From positions 2,102 to 66,101 of the IMG/VR virus record IMGVR_UViG_3300020044_007046: 64,000 nt of DNA; one strand, written 5' to 3'. The translations under genes were made by a program, and so were the position numbers. Below the pieces are notes generated by a model, which was not told the origin of the DNA, ran no database searches, and worked only from the letters and a program-made list of their open reading frames with translations. Within the stretch, counting starts at the first letter, position 1. The number at the start of each line of letters is the position of its first letter. Origin of the DNA: a virus (lineage: Duplodnaviria > Caudoviricetes). Below are positions 32,777 through 43,500 of the stretch, piece after piece.

Positions 32777-34015
32777 ATGGCATTAAATTTACTACGCAAT
32801 AGTCGAGTGTTCTTCACTACTGACTTAGATAGCAGCGGTAAGGTAAACACAGGCGCAGTTATGACTGCAGCAACAACACGAGAACTCCAAGTATTAGATG
32901 GATTCTCTTTTTCACAAAACACAGGTCAAGAAACCGTTACTACAAACGAGGCAGGTATTTCCCCAGTACGCGGACAGCGCAGCTTTAATACTTCGCTAGA
33001 GCCAGTAGATTGGAGTTTTACTACCTATATTCGCCCTGTAATTGCAGAGGGTGCTACAACTACTACCGGCATTGACGCTGACGACGTGGTTGACGCAGAA
33101 GAGTCGGTTCTTTGGGGAGCTATGTCCAGCACAAATGGTGGTAGTTGGACACAAACAGCAGGTACAGTATCCGCAGGGCCTCCTGTAAGCTATAGTGTTA
33201 AACCTGTTTCTACAGTTAGTTTTGCAAATTCTAATGTACACCAATTACAAGCTTTTGGTCTGATTATTGTTTTTGAAGACGTTACTTATGTTATCGATAA
33301 TTGCGCTATTGATTCAGCTACTATCGATTTTGGATTAGATGCAATTGCTGCCGTTCAATGGGCTGGCAAAGGTACAGAAATGCGCCAATTAGCTAATACT
33401 GTACTTATTGGTGCTGCTACAGCAGGTACTGTTGCCCTAACCGGAGGTATTACAGGAGCTTCCGCTGTTGCTAAAGCAAAAAATACTGATGCTCGTTTTA
33501 TTGCTAATAAACTATCAACAATGACGTTAACAGCTGCTGCCTTTGGTGGTGTACCTGCTGGAAGTTACACTATTGCATTAACAGGTGGTAGCTTAACAAT
33601 TAGTAATAACTTAACTTACTTAACTCCTGCTAATTTAGGCGTAGTTAATAAGCCAATTACTTATTTTACAGGTACTCGCTCTGTTACAGCTAACGTAACC
33701 GCATACTTAAAAACCGGCTTAGCTGGTAGTAATAAGCAAGGTGCAGGATTGCTAAACGACTTACTAACTGCTAGTAGCTCAAGCACAGAAAATAAGTTTT
33801 CTAGTGTAATTTCACTAGGTGGTGCAAGCAACGATACTCGCCTTGATTTAGATATGCCTACAGTTCAGTTAACTATCCCATCAATTACTTCTGAGCAAAT
33901 TATTTCTACTTCGATTACAATGACTGCTCAGGGTTCTACAACTGGTGCTGCTGGTGGTAGTTATGATCTTGAAGGCAAGAACGAAATATCAATTAAATAC
34001 TACGCAGCAGTTTAA
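32777..34015 (+). CDS. Major tail (tube) protein, T5 pb6-like
   Basis: LQVLDGFSFSQ...TNEAG..P.RG...FNTSLEPVDWSFTTYIRP; followed by a terminator at 34035-34066. Confidence 0.85.
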   Translation: MALNLLRNSRVFFTTDLDSSGKVNTGAVMTAATTRELQVLDGFSFSQNTGQETVTTNEAGISPVRGQRSFNTSLEPVDWSFTTYIRPVIAEGATTTTGIDADDVVDAEESVLWGAMSSTNGGSWTQTAGTVSAGPPVSYSVKPVSTVSFANSNVHQLQAFGLIIVFEDVTYVIDNCAIDSATIDFGLDAIAAVQWAGKGTEMRQLANTVLIGAATAGTVALTGGITGASAVAKAKNTDARFIANKLSTMTLTAAAFGGVPAGSYTIALTGGSLTISNNLTYLTPANLGVVNKPITYFTGTRSVTANVTAYLKTGLAGSNKQGAGLLNDLLTASSSSTENKFSSVISLGGASNDTRLDLDMPTVQLTIPSITSEQIISTSITMTAQGSTTGAAGGSYDLEGKNEISIKYYAAV

Positions 34016-34083
34016 TTAACAGCTGCATTTCTATAGAGACTGGGTTGATCTCCAGTCTCTCTTTTTAACCTTATTATTATAAA

Positions 34084-34503
34084 ATGACTACTCTCTCTTT
34101 AAAAACACTGTTAGTTCCCAGTAAATCGGTACAGGTAGAATATCCTGGTATGCCTGGTTTTGTTATTGATTTGGCATTTTTATCTCGCGAAACGCTTTTG
34201 TCGATTCGCAAGAAGTCTACCAAAACAAGTTTCAAGAACCGTCAGGCTTCGGAAGACTTCAACGAAGATTTATTTTTACAGCTGTATGTTGAAAATGCTG
34301 TTAAAGGCTGGAAAGGCTTTAAACTAAGTTATCTTGAGCAATTGGCTCCAGTTGACTTAAAAGGTCAAAATATGGACGACGAACTAGAGTACACTGCGGA
34401 AAACGCATTATACTTAATGAAGAATTCCAGCAATTTTGACGGTTTTATTAGTGAACAAGTTACAGACTTGGGAAACTTTTCGACGACCAACTCCGGCAAG
34501 TAA
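34084..34503 (+). CDS. Tail assembly chaperone (G-like)
   Basis: Position between tube and tape measure genes; ends near the slippery heptamer G GGA AAC (34470-34476). Confidence 0.75.
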   Translation: MTTLSLKTLLVPSKSVQVEYPGMPGFVIDLAFLSRETLLSIRKKSTKTSFKNRQASEDFNEDLFLQLYVENAVKGWKGFKLSYLEQLAPVDLKGQNMDDELEYTAENALYLMKNSSNFDGFISEQVTDLGNFSTTNSGK

Positions 34504-34862
34504 ATCAGCAGTTGGTCAACTATCTTCAAAATATGGGTGTTGGTATGACCAAAGAACAGTATTTTGAGATGTGCGAAGCACTAGGCACAGAGCCTAGTGA
34601 ACTTGAAATTCCAGTAGAGTTTGACGACTTCCCATTAGAAGTTCAACAGGCATTTAACGGATACCGAATGTTACGAGATGAGTGGGATACCATGAATGGT
34701 AACTATTTGGGTAAGTCACTTATTGGTATAAAAGACGTTCTTGAAGCAACAGAGATTGAACCGTCTGAACATAAGTTTATTGTCATGCTAATTCGTATGA
34801 TTGACAATGTCAGATCGGAAGAAATCAATAATAAGAAAAAGATGCAAGAGCCCGCTAGCTAA
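34476..34862 (+). CDS. Tail assembly chaperone, frameshift extension (GT-like)
   Basis: The -1 frame is open from the heptamer through track ORF 34512..34862. Confidence 0.7.
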   Translation, partial: LFDDQLRQVNQQLVNYLQNMGVGMTKEQYFEMCEALGTEPSELEIPVEFDDFPLEVQQAFNGYRMLRDEWDTMNGNYLGKSLIGIKDVLEATEIEPSEHKFIVMLIRMIDNVRSEEINNKKKMQEPAS

Positions 34863-34928
34863 AAATTAGCGGGCTTTTTTGCGTTAAAAATTTTTTGGTT
34901 TGACAAAAGTATGGTTGCATGTTATAAT
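34849..34928 (+). promoter_or_regulatory. Terminator followed by a consensus promoter for the tape measure operon
   Basis: GCCCGCTAG...TTAGCGGGCTTTTTT, then TTGACA(34900)-17-TATAAT(34923). Confidence 0.75.
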
Positions 34929-34983
34929 GTACACTAGTCAAGCTATTAAAAGTTTTAGCCACCAACCCTAAAGAGGAGTACAG

Positions 34984-37900
34984 ATGGCATCAAATCAAGT
35001 TAATATTAATTTAAGCCTACAAGATCAGGCAGGCAGTATCAAACAGCGTACTGACGAAGTCAAAGGCTTAAATAAAGAATTACAAAAAGCCCAGAAAATG
35101 GCTGAAACCACTAAGACTGGAGCCAAAGCTCTTCAGGCTAGTTTTAGTGCAGCTGAAAACATAGAGTACGGACGTGCTCGTGGATCAATGGGATCTACTG
35201 GAGCAAGCGGACGTGACTTTGCAAACCAAGCACAAGGTCTTGGGGGATTAGTTCGTTTATATGCTACCTATGCCGCCAATGTGTTTGCGGTTAGCGCAGC
35301 GTTTAAAGCATTAAGTGATGCTATGGACACTACTAACATGATCAAAGGTTTAGATCAGTTAGGTGCTGCAAGTGGTGTAGCAATGGGCTCTTTAGCCAAA
35401 CAGTTTACGCAAGCTAGCGGAGGCGCCATTAGTTTACGTGAATCTATGGAAGCCACCGCCAAAGCAATTAGCAGTGGTATGACGCAAAAACAGTTCTTAC
35501 AGTTAGGTGATGTTGCCAAGAAAGCTTCACAGGCACTCGGTGTTAATATGTCAGACGCTGTTAGTCGTTTAACTCGCGGTATTACAAAGCTTGAGCCTGA
35601 ACTTTTAGATGAATTGGGATTGTTTACCAAAGTTGGTAAGTCCTCAGAAGATTATGCTCGTAGTGTAGGTAAAAGTGTAGATAGTTTAACTGATTTTGAG
35701 AAGCGACAAGCTTTTGCTAACGCAGTATTAAAAGAAGGTATTGATAAATTTAATGAGATTGATATTCCTACCAATCCTTATGACAAGTTACTGGCCTCAC
35801 TAAAAAATATTGCACAAACTATCTTAGAAGTATTAAACAAAGCTTTTGGCCCTCTAGTAGATATATTAAGTGCTAGTCCTGCAGCTTTAACTGCAGGAAT
35901 TGCTGCGCTTGGTTCTATGATTGTTAAGCAAGCTGTTCCTGCAATTACTAACTATCGTGATGAGTTGCGTAAAACTGCGGTAATGGCTCAAAGCATTACT
36001 AAAGAAAAGATCAATACTGCAGAAACTATGCTTGCACAAAGACGAGCAGATATATTAGCAAAACAAGATAAAGCTGCCGACGATAAGGCTGCAGTTATCG
36101 ATAAGCTAGAAGCTAAACTTCGTACGCTAACTGGTGGGCGTATTCGTAAAGACATTGCAGAGATTCTTACCCCTACTCGCGGTATTCAAGATATTACTGA
36201 ACAAGAAATTAAACGGATCGAAGCTGCCGGCAAAGGTTTAAAGAGCAATAAAAATATATATAACGAATTAGCAGTAGCTATTCGTGCCGCTAAGCTAGAA
36301 CAAGAAAAATTTAATGTAGTTCAGGCAAAATTAAAAGCTGAAGAAACCGCCCCTGTAAGTAGATATAGCGCATTAGGAAGATTGCAGATAGGTGCAGAAG
36401 AGCAGCGCAAACGTTCGTCTTCAAGCACTATTATTAGCAATGCCGCAGATACTGCAAGTTTAGTAGGTTTCCGTTCCGCTTTTAGTGAAATGGTAGAAAG
36501 TCTAAGAACTGAAAAGTTGGGCGTATTACGAACTATTTTTACTGGAGTAACTGGTACAATAACTGCTGCAACAACTCGACTTATGGGTTTTGTTGGTATG
36601 CTTGGTAATATTGGTATGGTAATTGGAGTAGCAGTAGGTGCGTTTCAAGCACTAAACGCAATGTTTAGTTCTAATACAAAACAAGTAGAGAAATTTAATA
36701 GTAGCCTAGAGCTTGGAGACGAGAATGTTAAAGCTTTAACAAGCACATATAACAAGTATAAAGAAGCCTTAACAAGTTCTTCAGTTATAGCATTATCAAC
36801 AGCTTTTCAAAGTTTATCTGATAACGTAGCAGAAAGTTCAAAGAATTTTGCAGAAGCTATAAAAGAAGCAAGTAAGTTTGATTATGCTGTAAACCAGTTA
36901 AAAGGTATTTTTGGGCAAAGCCTAGAAGATGATTTTTCTAAAAGTCTTAGTAAGCAAATATCCCAAGGACTAAAGGGTATATCAGACCCAGCTATGCAAA
37001 AAGAGACTAGGCTTAGATTAATGTCGATGCTTAACGTCAACGAACTGACTGAAGGTACAATAAAACAATCATTAGGTAGTATGAGTGCAGATAAGCTGGC
37101 TGCTACTGGAGCTCGAATAGCTGATGTATTTGAATATGCTTCTAAAGCTGGACAAAAAACAGCAGCAGTATTAAGCTCAGTTAAAGATGGCTTCAAAGCT
37201 TTAGACACTAGCTATACAGAGCTGTCCAATACTCTAATACAAAAAGATGCTCTATCTAATTTTGGAAAAGATTTAGCTTCACAGGGATTTAATCTACAAA
37301 CAGCATTAAAAGACCCTATAGCAAACCTGGCCACTTTACGCGACCTATTAACAGATATTAGTAAAATAAAACTTTTATCTCCTGAATCCCAGGCGATATT
37401 AATGCAAAACCGTGATGCATACATTGCGCTAATCAATACTGCAAAAACCTATGAAGCTCAGTTTACTGAATCACAAAATAAGATCGAAGAATTAAAAGCT
37501 GTACAAAGTAGGTTTAATAGACAAAGCTCCTTTGGAGGTCAGCTGGCTATGGGAGAAAGTCCTCTGGTTACTGCAGAAAGAGGTAAATCTTCGGAAGCCA
37601 AAGCTAAACTCGACGCTACCAGACAAGATATGTTGGCTTTAGCCAAATCTTTTGAAGGAGCTGCAGAAGCTTCAATTAAAAAAGGTTTTGAGCTAATAGA
37701 AGGCGGGTTTACTCGCAAGATGGCAGAAACTGTATTAACTTCACAGAAATCTTTATTAGACAAATTGCCACAAACTGCAGAAACCGCAAAACTAGGTGCT
37801 CAACTTGAAAATCAAAAGCTTGATTTGCAGATTAAACAATTAACTGAAACTCAGCGTTTAATTAAAGAAATGGAATTAAGCCGATTACAGAGTGAAAAGC

Positions 37901-39624
37901 AATTTATAATAACTCAAAGAGATCAATCTTTAGCCGTTCTGGGCGAAGATAGGAGCGCACGAGCACGAGTTAGTAACGATGCCGAAGAAAAGATAGCAAA
38001 AATAGATGCTAGATCAAAACTACTTACTAGCACTAATATTAGCAAAAGTATTAGAGCAGGAGAAATAGAAAGAACACCAGAATCTCTAAAAGCTATGCAA
38101 GAACAACAAGGTACTCTTGCACAAATTGGTCAGTTAAATGAACAGAAAAAGATGAATCTGATCAATGCAGAAATTACTGCAGTACAATCAGGTTTTGATA
38201 AGGCAAGAAAAACTTTAGATAGTTCATTAAAAGATATTGGAAATATTCGCGATGAAGAAACAAAGAGTGCAGCGTTTCAAACCCTAAGCTTAGAAAAACA
38301 ACAAGAAGTTGTTAACAAATATATTGAGCAAGAAGATGTAGTTAAACGAGCTTTAGCTAGTTTAGAAAACCAAAAAGAAATTGGTATTGCAACCACTATT
38401 CAAATTGAAGCTCAAAATCGTGGCTGGGATAAGATTGCTAACGCAGCTGGTAATGCTCTGGCAACTGCAAAAGAACAATTTAATGTTACAGACGATCAGT
38501 TTATTACTGCACAGAAAAATACAAATGAAGAACGTAAGAGAAAAGATCTTCTTGCAGTTATGTCAATAACTATGAATTCAATGACGCAATCTTTGGATGC
38601 TCAAGCTAATTTAAAACGCATATTAAATGAAACTGATAGTAGTTTACTAGGAATTCAGAAAGAGACTTTGCAAACTCAGCTAGATCTAGGAATGATAACT
38701 GCAGAAAGTTATAGATCAGAAATAATAGAGCTAGAACAAATTGACAGAATTAAACAACGAGACATTAAACTTGAACAATTACAAAACAGCCTAATTGTAA
38801 AACGTATAGAGTTAGCTAAAGAATATGCAGAAGCTACTACTGGAGAAGGTAAAGCTAGTGCCCTTAAGAAGGCCGAAGATGTTTCCGTAGCATATTTAGC
38901 TGAAGTTGACGGTGTTAACAAAGTATATGACGCACAGAAAAGATCTAAATCTTTAACAGAAGACTTAACTGGTCGTCAGCTTGCATACGGTGAAGTGTTT
39001 AAACAAAGCTTTGAATCGATGGGTGACGTCATCATTGAATTTACTAAAACGGGTAAACTTAATTTTAAGGGCATGATTGATAGCATGATCGAAGGCTTAA
39101 TTCGATACGAAATGCAGCAACAAGCCTTAATGATGTATAAGTCTTTTAGACCAGGCTTAATGGATGTTGTAGGCAGTGTTTTTGGATTTAAAGGCGGATT
39201 TACAAATGACATGGGTGGGAACGAATTAGCAGGATCTTTAGGTTTTGCTAAAGGTGGAGTTTTTGAATATGCAAAAGGCGGTGCATTTACAAACTCTATT
39301 GTAAACTCTCCAACATTGTTCAAATTTGCAAAAGGTACTGGATTAATGGGCGAAGCAGGTCCTGAAGCTATTATGCCCCTAAAGCGTGACAGCAATGGAA
39401 ATCTTGGTGTTCGCGCAGGCGGTGGCGGAAGCGTAGACGTAGTCGTTAACAACTACGGAAGCGAAAAAGCAGAAACTCGCGAAACTGTTGATAGCCGTGG
39501 TAATCGTAAGATTGAGGTTATTATCGGTGACATGACAGCTGGTGAAATTGCCCGCAATGGCAGCGCTTCGCAAAAAGCTATTCGTGGAACCTTTGGACTA
39601 CAGCCTCAGTTAATTAGGAGATAA
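34984..39624 (+). CDS. Tail tape measure protein
   Basis: 1546 aa, Ala/Leu/Lys helical; C-terminal FAKGG...MGEAGPEAIMPLKR lambda-H-like motif. Confidence 0.9.
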   Translation: MASNQVNINLSLQDQAGSIKQRTDEVKGLNKELQKAQKMAETTKTGAKALQASFSAAENIEYGRARGSMGSTGASGRDFANQAQGLGGLVRLYATYAANVFAVSAAFKALSDAMDTTNMIKGLDQLGAASGVAMGSLAKQFTQASGGAISLRESMEATAKAISSGMTQKQFLQLGDVAKKASQALGVNMSDAVSRLTRGITKLEPELLDELGLFTKVGKSSEDYARSVGKSVDSLTDFEKRQAFANAVLKEGIDKFNEIDIPTNPYDKLLASLKNIAQTILEVLNKAFGPLVDILSASPAALTAGIAALGSMIVKQAVPAITNYRDELRKTAVMAQSITKEKINTAETMLAQRRADILAKQDKAADDKAAVIDKLEAKLRTLTGGRIRKDIAEILTPTRGIQDITEQEIKRIEAAGKGLKSNKNIYNELAVAIRAAKLEQEKFNVVQAKLKAEETAPVSRYSALGRLQIGAEEQRKRSSSSTIISNAADTASLVGFRSAFSEMVESLRTEKLGVLRTIFTGVTGTITAATTRLMGFVGMLGNIGMVIGVAVGAFQALNAMFSSNTKQVEKFNSSLELGDENVKALTSTYNKYKEALTSSSVIALSTAFQSLSDNVAESSKNFAEAIKEASKFDYAVNQLKGIFGQSLEDDFSKSLSKQISQGLKGISDPAMQKETRLRLMSMLNVNELTEGTIKQSLGSMSADKLAATGARIADVFEYASKAGQKTAAVLSSVKDGFKALDTSYTELSNTLIQKDALSNFGKDLASQGFNLQTALKDPIANLATLRDLLTDISKIKLLSPESQAILMQNRDAYIALINTAKTYEAQFTESQNKIEELKAVQSRFNRQSSFGGQLAMGESPLVTAERGKSSEAKAKLDATRQDMLALAKSFEGAAEASIKKGFELIEGGFTRKMAETVLTSQKSLLDKLPQTAETAKLGAQLENQKLDLQIKQLTETQRLIKEMELSRLQSEKQFIITQRDQSLAVLGEDRSARARVSNDAEEKIAKIDARSKLLTSTNISKSIRAGEIERTPESLKAMQEQQGTLAQIGQLNEQKKMNLINAEITAVQSGFDKARKTLDSSLKDIGNIRDEETKSAAFQTLSLEKQQEVVNKYIEQEDVVKRALASLENQKEIGIATTIQIEAQNRGWDKIANAAGNALATAKEQFNVTDDQFITAQKNTNEERKRKDLLAVMSITMNSMTQSLDAQANLKRILNETDSSLLGIQKETLQTQLDLGMITAESYRSEIIELEQIDRIKQRDIKLEQLQNSLIVKRIELAKEYAEATTGEGKASALKKAEDVSVAYLAEVDGVNKVYDAQKRSKSLTEDLTGRQLAYGEVFKQSFESMGDVIIEFTKTGKLNFKGMIDSMIEGLIRYEMQQQALMMYKSFRPGLMDVVGSVFGFKGGFTNDMGGNELAGSLGFAKGGVFEYAKGGAFTNSIVNSPTLFKFAKGTGLMGEAGPEAIMPLKRDSNGNLGVRAGGGGSVDVVVNNYGSEKAETRETVDSRGNRKIEVIIGDMTAGEIARNGSASQKAIRGTFGLQPQLIRR

Positions 39625-39626
39625 TT

Positions 39627-39992
39627 ATGGCGTATACATATATTTGGCCAACAACACTACCGCAAAGTCCACAAAAAGGATTTTCTGAATCTATAGGAGC
39701 CTTAATTATAAGGACTCCTATGGATGCAGGTCCTGCAAAAGAACGTTATCGTGGTCGTAGACCAAGTACGATGAACTTAACGTTTATTATGAAAACTGCA
39801 CAAGTTGCTGATTTGGAAACATGGATAGTAAATACTCTTCGTGGCACTGCGCGTTTTGGTTTTCCACATCCTCGTACTGCTGCGGTTGTAGAAGCCCGCA
39901 TAGTTCCTCAAGGCGATGGTGAACTATTTAAAACAACCTACATAGCGCCAGGATACTGGAACATATCACTAGTTTTTGAGATCTTACCATGA
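39627..39992 (+). CDS. Distal tail protein (Dit/gpM-like)
   Basis: WPTTLPQ...IRTPMDAGPAKER.R...F.FPHP; follows the tape measure gene. Confidence 0.7.
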   Translation: MAYTYIWPTTLPQSPQKGFSESIGALIIRTPMDAGPAKERYRGRRPSTMNLTFIMKTAQVADLETWIVNTLRGTARFGFPHPRTAAVVEARIVPQGDGELFKTTYIAPGYWNISLVFEILP

Positions 39993-40510
39993 GCAGACTA
40001 ACTACAATGTCGCCAGACGCAATTCGTGCGATTTTCTCGCCGGAAGCAGACAGCGACTTGCTTTTCTTGTTAACAATCTATGACCCTGTTAATCCAAGCA
40101 CAGTAGTTGCACGATTAGCAGACGGCTATACAAAGCGTATTAGTGAAACTGCAGACGAAGTTGTTTATGGTGTAACCAGTAATAGCCAAGATTTTATTTT
40201 CTTGCCTATGGAAATTTCACTGCCAACTGAAGAAGAAGCACAGGCTCCTCGTTGCTCAATCATCCTACGCGATGTTACCAGATATGTAATACCTATTATA
40301 CGAACTATTGTAGGTCCACCTACTGTAAAAATGGAGTTAGTACTATCTAAAACTCCAGATACCGTAGAAGCTAGTTTTGCTGGTTTTTACATCAGTAATT
40401 TTTCTTACAATGCTGACTCAGTGACTGCAGATCTATCTATGATAGATTATGAACGTGAACCGTTTCCAATGCACTCATTTACTCCAGCATATTTTCCAGG
40501 AATGTTCTAA
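39989..40510 (+). CDS. Minor tail protein (DUF1833/gpL-like)
   Basis: FIFLPMEISLP...A..CSIILRDV...EPFP...FTP..FPGMF. Confidence 0.7.
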   Translation: MSRLTTMSPDAIRAIFSPEADSDLLFLLTIYDPVNPSTVVARLADGYTKRISETADEVVYGVTSNSQDFIFLPMEISLPTEEEAQAPRCSIILRDVTRYVIPIIRTIVGPPTVKMELVLSKTPDTVEASFAGFYISNFSYNADSVTADLSMIDYEREPFPMHSFTPAYFPGMF

Positions 40511-43500
40511 TGTGGCAAAATAAATACATAGGCATACCTTTCCTAGATAAAGGTAGGGATACAGACGGCATTGATTGCTGGGGGTTAGTACGTCTTGTTT
40601 ATAAGCAAGAGTATAACATTGATCTACCTAGTTTTAGCAGTGAATACGAAGCTGACGATACTGAGCGTATGAGAGATCTGTTTGCTCAGTACAAAGAAGG
40701 CTGGGAAAAGATCGAAGAACCTGTAGAAGGTTGCATTGTATTATTTAATATTTTTGGTATAGAATCACATATGGGTATTGCCGTTAGCAGTACCCACTTT
40801 TTGCATGCGCGCGATAAATATACTAGCGCAATCGAATCTTTTGACTCTGTGGGCTGGCGTAATCGCATCACAGGGTTCTACAAATACAGCGAAAATAAAA
40901 GCGCAATCTTAAATGTAGTACCACACCCACTACGAACTGAGCGCTTTACTGTACCTATTCTACCTGGTACAACTCTTGATAAATTGGCTAATTGGATTAA
41001 GTTTGAATATAAGATCGCTGAAGAATTAGCTAGCAAAATTACTATTTTGGTAAACGGTATCGTAGTCGACTCTAGCAAGTGGTCTACTACTGCACTAAAA
41101 GACACAGATCGTGTTGAGTATCGTGCTGTGCCTGGAAAAGGCAATACACTTCGTTTAGTGCTTACATTGGCATTAGTTGCTGCTGCGCCTTGGCTTACTA
41201 CCCAAGTGGGTATTGCAATGGGAACTACAGCTGCTGGAACAACCGCAGCTGCTTTTGCCGCAGCTAGTCCTCTTGCTTATACTGCTATTTCAACTGGCGT
41301 TATGATGGTTGGTGGAGCACTTATAAATGCTATTTCACCAATTCGCCCACCTGATATTAATACACCTGGAACAAACATTCAGCAGTATATGGTTAGTGGT
41401 GGTGCAAACCAAGTACGCCCATATGAAGCTATTCCCGTAATCTTAGGTAAAGTAAAAATAACTCCTCCGCTTGGCGCCGTTAACTATCTTACTTATGAGA
41501 ATGATACTGAAAGTTACCTTTCAATGCTTTTGTTGTGGGGCTACGGCCCACTAAACATTGATGCTAGTACACTTAAAATTGGTAATATTTCCCTAACCGA
41601 ATATACATTACCAGTTCCACCAGTTACATTAGACCGTAAAACTACACCTACAGCACAACAATTACTTGATTTTACAGCTATTTATGGAAAAGATGTAGAC
41701 GTAGTTACTAGTAATGCTACACTAACGTGCCCTGGGCAATATAATGCTGTATTAACTGAAGGCAGTTTCGGACCTTGGGTACCTGCATCTAGCGGCGTAG
41801 CTGTGTATGATGCTAACGGAGCGGTTGTTCCTATTAGTCAGTTTACTGTGTCTCTTCACCTGCCACAAGGTTTACGCAGAATTTTTGCTGAAGGCAAGGA
41901 GTCTGGTAAGGAAGAATCCGTGTGGGTACGTATAGAAATTCAAGTAAAAGACGGGGCTGGTCCTTGGACAACCTGGACAGATTTTGCACTAGGCGATGGT
42001 ACTGTTAAAAAAGATGCCTTTACTGTTAATAAAACCTACTATAACTTGAACTCTTTAAATGAAGTTCAGGTACGAGTTCGTAGAAAAACAGGTGCTGACC
42101 TTGAGTGGACTAAAGAAGCCAATGGTTATGCTAAAGCACAGATTTATGGGCAAGTAGTTTTATTACAAACAGTATTTCTACGGAACACTTCACCAATCAA
42201 AGAACCAATTAACTGTACCCTTGCAGGCACAGCACTAAAGATCAAAGCCAATGAGCAACTAAACGGTCAGATTGAAGGAATTAATGCTATTGTTCAAACA
42301 TGGGCACCTTCATGGGATGGCACAGCTTGGACTACAATGGAAACTAATAATCCTGCTGCTTTATTTTTGTATGTGTTAAAGCACCCAGCTAACCCGCAAC
42401 GAGTAAAAGAAGCAGACGTTGCTAGTAAAATAAATTTAGCTCAAATTCAATACTGGCATAATTATTGCGTTACAAAAGGATTTGAGTTTAATAGCGTAGT
42501 AGGCTCACAGCGAAGTATCTTAGAAGTATTGCGGGATATTTGTGCAGCTGGGCGAGCAAGTCCTGCAATGATAGACGGCAAATGGTCTGTGGTAATCGAC
42601 GAACCAAAGTCAAATATTGTGCAGCATTTTACCCCGCACAATAGCTGGGGTTTTGAATCTACAAAAGCTTTAGCAAAAATGCCCGATGGTTTACGAGTTA
42701 CATATATAGACGAAGACCAAGACTATCAACAAGCAGAAGTAATTGTTTACAACAGCGGAAAATCTGCAAGTAATGCAGAGCTTTTTGAAAGTATTCAGTT
42801 ACCTGGTGTTACTAAAAAATCTTCCATAATAGACCATGCACGCTGGCATTTTGCACAAGCAAAGCTGAGACCAGAAGTATACCGACTAAATTCAGATATT
42901 GAATACTTAGTGTGTAATCGTGGAGATCGTGTAAAAGTAATGCACGATGTACCTATGTGGGGCACTGGCAGCGGACGTGTTAAAACACGCGTTAGCAGCA
43001 CAGCGTTTGTGTTAGACGAACAAGTATTTATTGATGTTACCAAAAACTACACTATTCGTTTTAGATCTGCGTTAGGTGGAACGGTAGAGCGTACGCTGAA
43101 TAAAACTGGCATGACTACTGGGTATCATACTACAATCACGCTAGCCACTAGTACAACAAGCACCGAAGTAAATGCTGGTGACTTGTATATGTTTGGTGAA
43201 TACCAAGAAGAAGCTCAAGACTTACTGGTACTTAGTATTGAACCTTCATCAAATAAATCTGCTACTTTAACAATGGTAGATTATGGGGTTACTGACACAT
43301 ATAACATTTTTACTGATTACGCCACACTAACAGCAGCAACTGTATTTGAGTCTCAAATTACATTGCCTGGTAAAGATTTGCGAGATAGCTTTATTGACAC
43401 AGATGTGCCCACAATTAGTCTAGCAGTAAGTGACGAGTCTGCTGCAAGATTACTATCAACTGGAAATTATGAGCAACGTATAAAGATAAGCTATACTAAT

